Source of the DNA: a virus
Taxonomy: Duplodnaviria > Caudoviricetes
Virus record (IMG/VR): IMGVR_UViG_3300033475_000014
Span: 12,770 to 76,769 of that record
Length of the DNA stretch: 64,000 nucleotides
Strand: one strand, 5' to 3'
A program made the position numbers and the translations under genes. Position 1 is the stretch's first letter. Each line of letters opens with the position of its first letter. Below, piece after piece: positions 56,625-64,000 of the stretch. The notes below the pieces were generated by a model that was not told the origin of the DNA, made no database searches, and saw only the letters and a program-made list of their open reading frames with translations.

Positions 56625-56882
56625 TCAGCTCATGTAGCGTGATGCAAAGTCTATACGCTGCTTATCGGCTTGCTGCTCGAACCATCTCTTGGTATACATC
56701 GGGGCCTCTGGTTCTACGCATAGCTGTCCATTATCAGTGTCTATAAGGAACTTCTCTCGTGCGGCTATTGCATCTTCATATGAGGGAAACATACCAAGGT
56801 AGTGTCTCGTATTCTTTCTGAACACACGCAAGCGGTATCTACCATCTGGGTATTGGTAGATGTCAATTCCACCTTTAGACAC
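56625..56882 (-). CDS. Small AP2-like DNA-binding protein
   Basis: GRYRLRV...HYLGMFPSYEDAIAAR. Confidence 0.6.
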   Translation of the reverse strand: MSKGGIDIYQYPDGRYRLRVFRKNTRHYLGMFPSYEDAIAAREKFLIDTDNGQLCVEPEAPMYTKRWFEQQADKQRIDFASRYMS

Positions 56883-56883
56883 G

Positions 56884-57108
56884 TCATACCTCCCATGTCT
56901 TGATTACGTAACGTTTACCTTTACTAGATATATCTCGTTCAAACTTGATATGCTTACAACCTTTATTCTCTTGTTGGAGTTTGATAAACATAGCAAGTTC
57001 TTCAGAATCTGAGGTTACTTCCTCACGAGAGATGTATCGTTCGATTGTGGAAGGTTTACTATCGTAGTAAGTAGTCTCTACTAGCTTTTGTCCGTATTTG
57101 ATGTTCAT
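56884..57108 (-). CDS. Hypothetical protein
   Basis: 74 aa. Confidence 0.5.
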   Translation of the reverse strand: MNIKYGQKLVETTYYDSKPSTIERYISREEVTSDSEELAMFIKLQQENKGCKHIKFERDISSKGKRYVIKTWEV

Positions 57109-57283
57109 TTATCGTTGCCCTTTCCTCTAAAGCCAATCTCGTTACGATCAGTTGAAGGTATAGAAGATACCAAGTCATTCATGGTGCTCATAATTGCTTG
57201 AAGCTGAGTATCGGAGAAAGACCAGCGTAATGCATCTATCTTTGCCAAAAGTATCTCTTTGTCCTTATCGCTCATATCCCTCC

Positions 57284-58474
57284 TTAGTACATTAAGCTTG
57301 TTGTATCACCTGATGAGTAGTCGTTATCGTCATCATCTCTTGGGAAGTAAGACTCAAGAGCGTAACGAATAGGGTCAAGCAAGTGGTTATCAATATCTGG
57401 TGCCTGGTTGATGAACTTATCCGTCAGTTTGTCTTTCATCCATATATACCGTTCGTATTCCTTCTTAAGGTTTGTACTGCTCTTAGTGGCTGAGATAGGT
57501 TTGGATTGTACGAAGTCGATACCAACATTAATGCTTCCCTGACCTTTATTAGCGGGGAGTACGTTAAGACCAAGCAGTTTAAGACGAGCTATGCTCTTAG
57601 GCTCGGAACTATCTGCAATGATTAGCTTATTCGGGTCAGGTAAAGACTTAACAAACTCAGCAATGTCCTCGTTACTCATACCATACTGGTAGCAGCGTTC
57701 ATCAAAGATAAACCCACCATTATACTCATAGACATCGACGATACCTGTTGGGTCGTTAGTGTACCCAAAGTCTAGGCCGCGTTTAACAAACCGTGCCTCA
57801 TGTGGTATTTCATCAATCCACTTCCACCCTGTGTAGATACGCCCTTCGATCTCACCGAGTTGACCTTCACCGTATACCTTCCACCATCCAGCATTGCCTT
57901 TGTGGGCTTCGATCTTCATTACAGTCTTATCATCAAGGGCTTCATTATCCTTGTATGTGAGAGTAATAAAGTCGAACATACCTGCATACAAAGGATTCTG
58001 CATAATCTCTGTGTACGCCCAGTACTCCACACTAGGATTCCAGTCGACCCATACGGTTTCGCGTGTACGAGTAGCCATGTGGTCGAAGATAGCGTATGGG
58101 ATATTGTTACCCTCATTGACATAGAGAATGTCACGGCGTGGACCGTGTGCCTTACTAGGTGCATCAGCTGAGAAGAAGTGCATCTTAGTGCCAGTTTCAA
58201 ACGTATAGGTTGTGAGCGTCTTGTTCCACCTAGCTTCATCCCAATAATTATGAGCTTTCATAATATTCTCGAAGTCTAGCATTGCCCCGCCTCGCATATG
58301 GGGCATGGTTTCAGATACCACGTCAATGAGGATGTTCTTACGTGATTGGGCAGTATCAATAAGTACTTGCAGAATAGATATAGTCTTAGATGCTGAAGTA
58401 CCACCAGCCACAAGCCTAAAGTCTTTCTTTAGGGCTAGCACTTTCTTAAGTGATGTAGTTGGTAGATAAGGCAC
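57284..58474 (-). CDS. terL: Terminase large subunit, PBSX family (module B)
   Basis: GGTSASKT, YVNEGN, GLDFGYTNDP, DNHLLDPIRY. Confidence 0.92.
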   Translation of the reverse strand: MPYLPTTSLKKVLALKKDFRLVAGGTSASKTISILQVLIDTAQSRKNILIDVVSETMPHMRGGAMLDFENIMKAHNYWDEARWNKTLTTYTFETGTKMHFFSADAPSKAHGPRRDILYVNEGNNIPYAIFDHMATRTRETVWVDWNPSVEYWAYTEIMQNPLYAGMFDFITLTYKDNEALDDKTVMKIEAHKGNAGWWKVYGEGQLGEIEGRIYTGWKWIDEIPHEARFVKRGLDFGYTNDPTGIVDVYEYNGGFIFDERCYQYGMSNEDIAEFVKSLPDPNKLIIADSSEPKSIARLKLLGLNVLPANKGQGSINVGIDFVQSKPISATKSSTNLKKEYERYIWMKDKLTDKFINQAPDIDNHLLDPIRYALESYFPRDDDDNDYSSGDTTSLMY

Positions 58475-58559
58475 TTATATCATCCTTGATGTTAAATATT
58501 GCTACTATACTGCTTATTTTGGTGGTTTTGTTATACCAGGCCATATATTTTGGCACTTA

Positions 58560-58979
58560 CTATTTATCCGTTATATCACCAGACGATTTATCAATGCTCA
58601 TTCCGCCTAGGATTGGTGTAGGTAAGTCCTTGCCATTGGTAGTCATGTCAATCTTGTCACCATACTTCTTAGGCTTAAGCTTTGATGCTGCCCACTTACG
58701 GGTATCAATAATAAGCCTTGCTCGAGCAACGTCTATGTTGTTATCCCTAGCAATATCTTCCATATCATCAGTCAGAGTATCAGCTTGTTCTTCCTTAGCA
58801 CGCGCGTATTGTGCCGAAAAGTCTTCCTTTTCTCCAAGCCACTTAATGACTGAGGAAATAGATGGCATATCTTCGTCTTGGCATATAGATCGTAGCGATC
58901 TACCAATGACAATCTCTTCACATATCTTATCCGCTACATTTTTTGAGTAGACTGAGGGTCGTCCCATTTGATCAGCCAT
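58560..58979 (-). CDS. terS: Terminase small subunit (Sf6-like, module B)
   Basis: GRPSVYS...SLRSICQDEDMPSISSVIKWL...KLKPKKYGDK. Confidence 0.85.
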   Translation of the reverse strand: MADQMGRPSVYSKNVADKICEEIVIGRSLRSICQDEDMPSISSVIKWLGEKEDFSAQYARAKEEQADTLTDDMEDIARDNNIDVARARLIIDTRKWAASKLKPKKYGDKIDMTTNGKDLPTPILGGMSIDKSSGDITDK

Positions 58980-59338
58980 TAGATATGTTCTCCTAGGTAT
59001 TTAATAGGGTCGTCGGAGATTACCATTTGCTGAAGTAAATACTTCCATCCAGGTAGGATAAAGCTAGTTACGCCTTCATCCATGTTGTGCTCATAGCAGC
59101 CAGCTACATTCAACCCTTTACTCCAGAGTGCTTTAGCAAAGTCGTGGTTGAAGATGACCTCTTCATTAGAGTGATAAATAAAGCTTTTGAGACTACCCGC
59201 CTGCCAGGTCATGACATGAATTGTGTAACCGTTGTAATCATCGTCATTAAAAACTACGGAAGTATCATGCCCACCACTGTTCCAACCGTTGTCTACGGCT
59301 TTCTTAATTGCATTGGCTAGTATTTCTTTGTTAGTCAT
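58979..59338 (-). CDS. Hypothetical phage protein
   Basis: EILANAIKKAVDNGW...IFNHDFAKALW. Confidence 0.6.
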   Translation of the reverse strand: MTNKEILANAIKKAVDNGWNSGGHDTSVVFNDDDYNGYTIHVMTWQAGSLKSFIYHSNEEVIFNHDFAKALWSKGLNVAGCYEHNMDEGVTSFILPGWKYLLQQMVISDDPIKYLGEHI

Positions 59339-59705
59339 TACTTATACCTGAGGCCCTTTTAGCTGCATCGGTGGACAAACTATCTATGTAGGTTGATTCA
59401 GGAACTTCCAAGAGACGATGATACTCACGCTGGAATCTGTCATACCACTCTTGACCGGTCATGAGCTTTCCTGACTCAATGCGTCCCATCTGATATTCGA
59501 CGAGAAGAGAGTGGTACCAGCCTGCCTCAACGAAGGCCAACTTTACAAAATGAAGGAAGAGATCACGTTCTATCCCGTATATATTTCTCTTGTATTCGAA
59601 ATCATACTTAGACATTGGACCAACGCCAGCGAAAAGTGGCAGATTAGAATGCTTAAACCTCTCGTGGGCCTTTATAATATCTTCGTCTAAACTACTCATC
59701 TTCAT
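59331..59705 (-). CDS. FVDEGW/MTGxEWY-family protein
   Basis: FVEAGWY...MTGQEWYDRF...KRASGI. Confidence 0.6.
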   Translation of the reverse strand: MKMSSLDEDIIKAHERFKHSNLPLFAGVGPMSKYDFEYKRNIYGIERDLFLHFVKLAFVEAGWYHSLLVEYQMGRIESGKLMTGQEWYDRFQREYHRLLEVPESTYIDSLSTDAAKRASGISND

Positions 59706-59818
59706 CCTTCGGCATCTCTACCTCTTTAACTACCTTGGTTTGTAAGATAACTTGTTCAGGGTCTGATAAAGGAATACCTTGACGGAGTTGAGAGGCTTTG
59801 ATGGCTAGTGTAATCGAA

Positions 59819-60277
59819 TTAGACATCTTCTACTCCTATCGTGTCCCTAATTACCTCGAGGCCGCCCAGCACATCCATGTATACACGCGAATCTTTTGAA
59901 ATCTTGACGTTAGCTTTTGGGTATTCAGCCATCCTTGTAAATGTGATTACCTTTGCCTCAGTATGGCTATCGTATTTAACTGGGCTTTTTTTCAACAAGT
60001 AACTTGGGAATATTTCTTGCTTTAGATGTTGGAACCAAGAACGGGGGACTTTCCAGGTGAAATCTACTAAATACTTATCGTCGACTATCTTTGAAGCAAG
60101 CACGTCAAATGTTACATCAAGTATTTTCCCTTTAATGCCAGGGATATTGTCATGCTTCCTGACTGCTAAGCTTTCAGAAGAGTAAGCGCCGAGGTTAATG
60201 GATGCTCCTTTCTTGACCCTATCTAGCACGATGCGGTCGAAAGTCACCAACTCATCGGGATTGTACATAGCTGCCAT
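59819..60277 (-). CDS. Hypothetical protein
   Basis: PRSWFQHLKQEIFP pattern. Confidence 0.55.
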   Translation of the reverse strand: MAAMYNPDELVTFDRIVLDRVKKGASINLGAYSSESLAVRKHDNIPGIKGKILDVTFDVLASKIVDDKYLVDFTWKVPRSWFQHLKQEIFPSYLLKKSPVKYDSHTEAKVITFTRMAEYPKANVKISKDSRVYMDVLGGLEVIRDTIGVEDV

Positions 60278-60507
60278 TACTTCTCATCTTCCACGATCAT
60301 CAATCCCTCAGGTTTGCCCATAATGATCTCTTTACCTAATACACGGTTGTCTTTAGTGATCTTGATTTTCCAGTGATGTTCACCATCTTCTTGCTGAAAG
60401 GTCAGTACAATGAACTTCTCAGTCTGTAGTGCTATGGCTTCTTTCATCTTCTCAATGGCTTCTGGCTTGAATACAGACGTCATATCTATGCTGCGTTTGT
60501 TTGGCAT
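60277..60507 (-). CDS. Hypothetical protein
   Basis: 76 aa, GGAG SD. Confidence 0.55.
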   Translation of the reverse strand: MPNKRSIDMTSVFKPEAIEKMKEAIALQTEKFIVLTFQQEDGEHHWKIKITKDNRVLGKEIIMGKPEGLMIVEDEK

Positions 60508-60536
60508 ACACTCTCCGTGTTATGTTTGCTAATCAA

Positions 60537-60861
60537 CTAATCTGCGAGACGCACGTGTTTACTTCCGGCCAGAAGGTTTGAAGAGGAATATAATGAAAAA
60601 CCAACCCGTGGAGGGTAATACGGATTCCCTTTCTGATTTTTGATCGTGCGCTCGACGCAAGGTGCAGTCGTAGAACATACGACTCGCAGATTAGTAAATT
60701 GTAAATAAAAAAGCCCTCAGATAGGCTCACAAAAATACCCAAAGTTTGCCGCTTGGGATAAGATCATGAGCCCGTTTGAGGGCTTGTTAAAATTGGGTTA
60801 GGATTTACTGTTTGTGGTAATAGTTATTCCTAGTATAGCGTACAATGCTAGTGTTTGTCAA
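60537..60861 (-). promoter_or_regulatory. Promoter with a long structured leader/attenuator
   Basis: TTGACA-18-TATACT; long hairpin at 60711-60785 with a U-tract; 12-bp stem at 60537-60548/60683-60694. Confidence 0.6.
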
Positions 60862-60882
60862 GATAAGACGCTATATGTAGCG

Positions 60883-61260
60883 TTAGAAAGGGATTTGAGA
60901 CAAATCAATAGGCTTGTCGTCAATGTCTTCTAATACCACATCATTTGACTGGGATTCGTTCTTACCTAAGAGTTGCATAGTCCTACCTATAATCTCCACA
61001 GTATACCGTTTGTTGCCAGACTTATCTTCCCAGCTACGTTGCTGCAAGTTACCTGAGACGGCAATTTGCTTACCTTTCTTAACATACTTAGAAGCAATCT
61101 CTGCTAGCTTGTCGAACACAATAACGTCAAAGAAGTTTGTACGTTCTCCTTGTGCATTACTCGCTACGCTAATAGTTGCGATGTTCTTACCGTTATGGGT
61201 AGTACGTAGCTCTACATCTTTAACAGCTCGCCCGATGATTGATACTTGGTTTAAGTCCAT
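60883..61260 (-). CDS. ssb: Single-stranded DNA-binding protein
   Basis: LNQVSIIGR...VELRTT...GKQIAVSGNL...DLSQIPF. Confidence 0.95.
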   Translation of the reverse strand: MDLNQVSIIGRAVKDVELRTTHNGKNIATISVASNAQGERTNFFDVIVFDKLAEIASKYVKKGKQIAVSGNLQQRSWEDKSGNKRYTVEIIGRTMQLLGKNESQSNDVVLEDIDDKPIDLSQIPF

Positions 61261-61628
61261 TACTCCTCCTTATGCTTCTCTCTTATTACGTAAACTAGGT
61301 AGCCTAGTCCTACAAGTACTATCGCTACAGTAATTGCTATTGCGTCTAAAACCCATAGGACTGTTCCTAGCCCTATGAGAGTTGCTTGATCCATATTATT
61401 TCTCCCTAATAAAAACTACCCGTAGGTAGCTGCTATATTTATCCTCTTTATGTATTTACCGATTCCTAAGACTCATCATCAGTGACCCGATTGAAGTGAA
61501 CAGGGCTATGCACGATAGCACTAATGAATACCACTTAAGGCTGATAATAAACAAGAGTAACGGGGAAAGTATCGCCATCGTGACCCCAATGAAGAAAACC
61601 TTCTCTCCTATATCGCTTTTCGATAGTT

Positions 61629-62123
61629 TCATTTATCCTCTCCTAATAGTACAATGCGCCATTCCTTTTCATGTAGTTTGACGGACTCTTTAGCATCTTC
61701 TTCTGTTCTAAACCTTACTTGTGATTCACGCGCCATAGTTCCAAATTCAAAATGGAAAGTCTTGAATATACAGCTATAAGTCACAACGTATCCATAGTCT
61801 TGTTCTCTATACTTCCACTCATACCCCTTGGTATCTCCCTTAAGTACTTGAAGGGCTTTGAGGTAGGTGAGGTGTTTTTCAGCTTCTTGTTTAGTGCGGA
61901 AGATATTACCAATAGATAGATACCCCTGGTCAATAGTATTATCACACCAGCCGTAGCTACCTATACTGTTGGAATCATAAGAATAGGCATCAATATAAAA
62001 ATACTCATCGCCTTTCTTAGGCCAAGTATTGTCCTCTAAAGCCTCAATAAGCTTCTTCTTGTCTTCCTCGGTTAGTTTCTGTGTATCTAGTTCTATAGTC
62101 TGGTTTGATAGTTTAAGGTTCAT
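61629..62123 (-). CDS. Hypothetical phage protein
   Basis: WPKKGDEYFYI...GNIFRTKQEAE. Confidence 0.6.
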   Translation of the reverse strand: MNLKLSNQTIELDTQKLTEEDKKKLIEALEDNTWPKKGDEYFYIDAYSYDSNSIGSYGWCDNTIDQGYLSIGNIFRTKQEAEKHLTYLKALQVLKGDTKGYEWKYREQDYGYVVTYSCIFKTFHFEFGTMARESQVRFRTEEDAKESVKLHEKEWRIVLLGEDK

Positions 62124-62133
62124 AATTACTCCT

Positions 62134-62325
62134 TTATTCCTTATACCCGAACATCTCTACGACTGCTTCAGCAAAGTTCCTGGCAATAATCAGTATCGGT
62201 AGGCAGATTATGCCTGATATAGCTGTCAGGAGCATAGCCTCTTTCATGTCCATTATTGTAGTAAGCCATGCAAGTGTGATTATCAATGCTATGAGGTATA
62301 TAGCCACTAAGAGTCTGTTACTCAT
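62134..62325 (-). CDS. Small two-TM membrane protein
   Basis: Hydrophobic 63 aa. Confidence 0.55.
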   Translation of the reverse strand: MSNRLLVAIYLIALIITLAWLTTIMDMKEAMLLTAISGIICLPILIIARNFAEAVVEMFGYKE

Positions 62326-62480
62326 CTCTACTGATCCTGTAGATGCGCACTGTATACCCTTTCTTGATGGCTGAACGAGCAGCTAACATACTAAAGATAA
62401 GAGTACTGAAAACTTCGCTAAGTACCATATCTCTCCCTATTGGGAGTCCGTGCGACGTTGCTGTCACTCTATATCCACTC

Positions 62481-62858
62481 TTACTCATCTTCTATACCTG
62501 AGGCCCTAGCCGCTACACCCAATACTTCTATGGTTTTGTACCCATTTAGGTATTTTGGGAAATCACCACCTTCGTCGAAATATCCGAGGAGTCCGCGCTT
62601 AAATCTCTTGTACCACTCTTTACCTGTCATAAGGTTAGACCGTGGATCAGCTGGATAGATCGTGCCGTCTTCCCTAACTGCAATGTTCTGTGTGGTTAGT
62701 GGGTCAAAGCGCCACCCTTCATCTACAAAGACTCGCTTAATTACTTCTGCAGCATCACTCATCACTTGCTCTTCACGTTTTGCATCCTTACCGTCATTTG
62801 TGCCCTTGATGTATGCTAATTTTATTATCGTGCGTAGCTTATTATCTAAATCTGACAT
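62481..62858 (-). CDS. FVDEGW/MTGxEWY-family protein
   Basis: MSDLDNKL...VFVDEGWR...MTGKEWYKRF...ASGIEDE. Confidence 0.65.
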   Translation of the reverse strand: MSDLDNKLRTIIKLAYIKGTNDGKDAKREEQVMSDAAEVIKRVFVDEGWRFDPLTTQNIAVREDGTIYPADPRSNLMTGKEWYKRFKRGLLGYFDEGGDFPKYLNGYKTIEVLGVAARASGIEDE

Positions 62859-63148
62859 TACATATCCCTCCGCACGACATCCTCAACCTTCTTGCACTCA
62901 TGACAGTACACTTTGAGCAGTACAGAAGTCTTGCACCCATTACTGTACTTGTACGGTAGCCATGTATGTTGGTGATACGCTGTTACCAGTGGTTTTAGTA
63001 TGTTTTGTTCCATTACATATACTCCTCTAGATAGCTCTCTGATACTTCTTGGTGTGTCATGGTCTACTCCTTAATTCTTGTATACCGCATACAGCCCAAG
63101 GGCTAGCAATGCGATAAATACAATGAAAAATATTAAGATTTCCATACC

Positions 63149-63331
63149 TTACTCCTCTGTATATCTTTTAGCAATAAATGCGAATATGAGTATCGCTATA
63201 CCGGCTAATACTGCGATAACCTCAACAAATAATTCTAAGAATCCAACGGCCCGCAAGAAGTCTAAGTTGTATCCTGTTACAGTTGTCGCAAACATAGCCT
63301 CGAATATTTTAATAGTCATCCAGGTTAACAT
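63149..63331 (-). CDS. Small membrane protein
   Basis: Hydrophobic 60 aa. Confidence 0.5.
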   Translation of the reverse strand: MLTWMTIKIFEAMFATTVTGYNLDFLRAVGFLELFVEVIAVLAGIAILIFAFIAKRYTEE

Positions 63332-63333
63332 AC

Positions 63334-63897
63334 TTACTCTTCTTTCTGTGATTGCTTAAGGGTAGCAGAAATTGGATAGTTAAGAGCTGGGTCTATACCT
63401 GTAGCTTCCTTATACTGACCTCTGAGAGCGCTTTTAATTCCCTTGAATGTAGGGTCATTGTCATCGTCGTCACCCGTTGAACTGAAATGCGTTTTATCAA
63501 TTATTCCAACAGCCCAAACAAATGCTATTGCTTGGGCTTCCAAGACTATGCGTTGGTCACGAGATTTGAGAACGTCGATTAGTGGCGTCCATCCAAATTC
63601 TTTAGTTTCAGCATAGTATGTTGACATCATTAGGACGTCGCCTTTGTAATCAGTGCGATTGAGAATGTTTTCTAGCTCATCCTCTCCACCAACCACTTTG
63701 AGGAAGACCTCAAAGTGGTTTTCACGAGCCATAAAGAATCTTAGAATACCTGGTAACATTCCAGCATAGTACAGCTTATCCCATATGTCCTTACCAGAAA
63801 TGTCTGGGAATGAGGTGTTCCTGCTTAGCATGTACTCTTTGAACTCGCCTGCAAGCTTCAATAACTCTTCATCCTCTTTATTAGGTGTGTCTGCCAT
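63334..63897 (-). CDS. Mosaic early protein, allele of 23580-24113
   Basis: MADTPNKE / LKVVG / KSRDQRI / ATLKQSQKEE blocks. Confidence 0.65.
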   Translation of the reverse strand: MADTPNKEDEELLKLAGEFKEYMLSRNTSFPDISGKDIWDKLYYAGMLPGILRFFMARENHFEVFLKVVGGEDELENILNRTDYKGDVLMMSTYYAETKEFGWTPLIDVLKSRDQRIVLEAQAIAFVWAVGIIDKTHFSSTGDDDDNDPTFKGIKSALRGQYKEATGIDPALNYPISATLKQSQKEE

Positions 63898-64000
63898 TAC
63901 TTTGCCTCCAATAGCTCACTATTTTCGTAGATGTTGCCGATGACTTCGACATACTGAGCCGTCTGATGCGCGTTCATAGGGCTCCAGTTAGTACCGTCTG
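63874..64000 (+). repeat. Direct repeat copy 2 (includes the 3' end of a second yopX), truncated by the window end
   Basis: Identical to 24090-24216. Confidence 0.95.

Noticed and set aside
58459-58950. Plus-strand 163-aa membrane-like ORF
   Set aside because: Lies antisense to terS, which has clear family motifs; no supporting promoter or SD identified.
1-64000. Diversity-generating retroelement or retron
   Set aside because: No reverse transcriptase motif and no template/variable repeat pair differing at adenines was seen; the mosaic genes differ by whole blocks.
1-64000. Stop-codon reassignment (code 15 or 25)
   Set aside because: Capsid, portal, terminase and tail genes are full-length in code 11, using TAA, TAG and TGA as stops.

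Overview
This is entirely tailed-phage DNA with a podovirus-like organisation; no host chromosomal genes are visible. Almost all genes are on the minus strand. The window holds two unrelated virion modules. Module A (1-22.8 kb) has terS, terL, portal, scaffold, a 362-aa capsid protein, fibres, adaptor, a tail-tube-like protein and ejection proteins. Module B (33.3-59 kb) has terS, a PBSX-type terL, portal, scaffold, a 280-aa capsid protein, fibres, an LPD38-type ejection protein, and amidase plus holins. Between them lie an early/recombination operon (ERF, NinB-like, NinG, YopX), an attP-like junction carrying only the 5' half of tRNA-Thr(UGU), and a tyrosine integrase. A perfect 127-bp direct repeat (24090-24216 = 63874-64000, cut by the window end) means 24090-63873 could close as a complete 39,784-bp circle. 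The window is therefore either two prophages in tandem at one tRNA-Thr site or a chimeric or recombinant join. A Patescibacteria/Saccharibacteria-type host is only an impression from gene content. The most unusual content is RNA-level regulation: (1) no recognisable CI repressor, but a promoter- and terminator-bounded sRNA whose 5' 26 nt match a site in the early-operon leader across att; (2) six to seven cassettes in module A of promoter, then ATAAGG at +1, then a terminator; (3) a different 3-copy late-promoter motif in module B; (4) a tRNA-shaped RNA with a 60-nt T-loop insertion among other structured RNAs; (5) a predicted -1 frameshift fusing a membrane anchor to a lytic transglycosylase; (6) a putative RNase toxin with a convergent sRNA. 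Protein calls come from motif recognition only; no database searches or folding programs were run.
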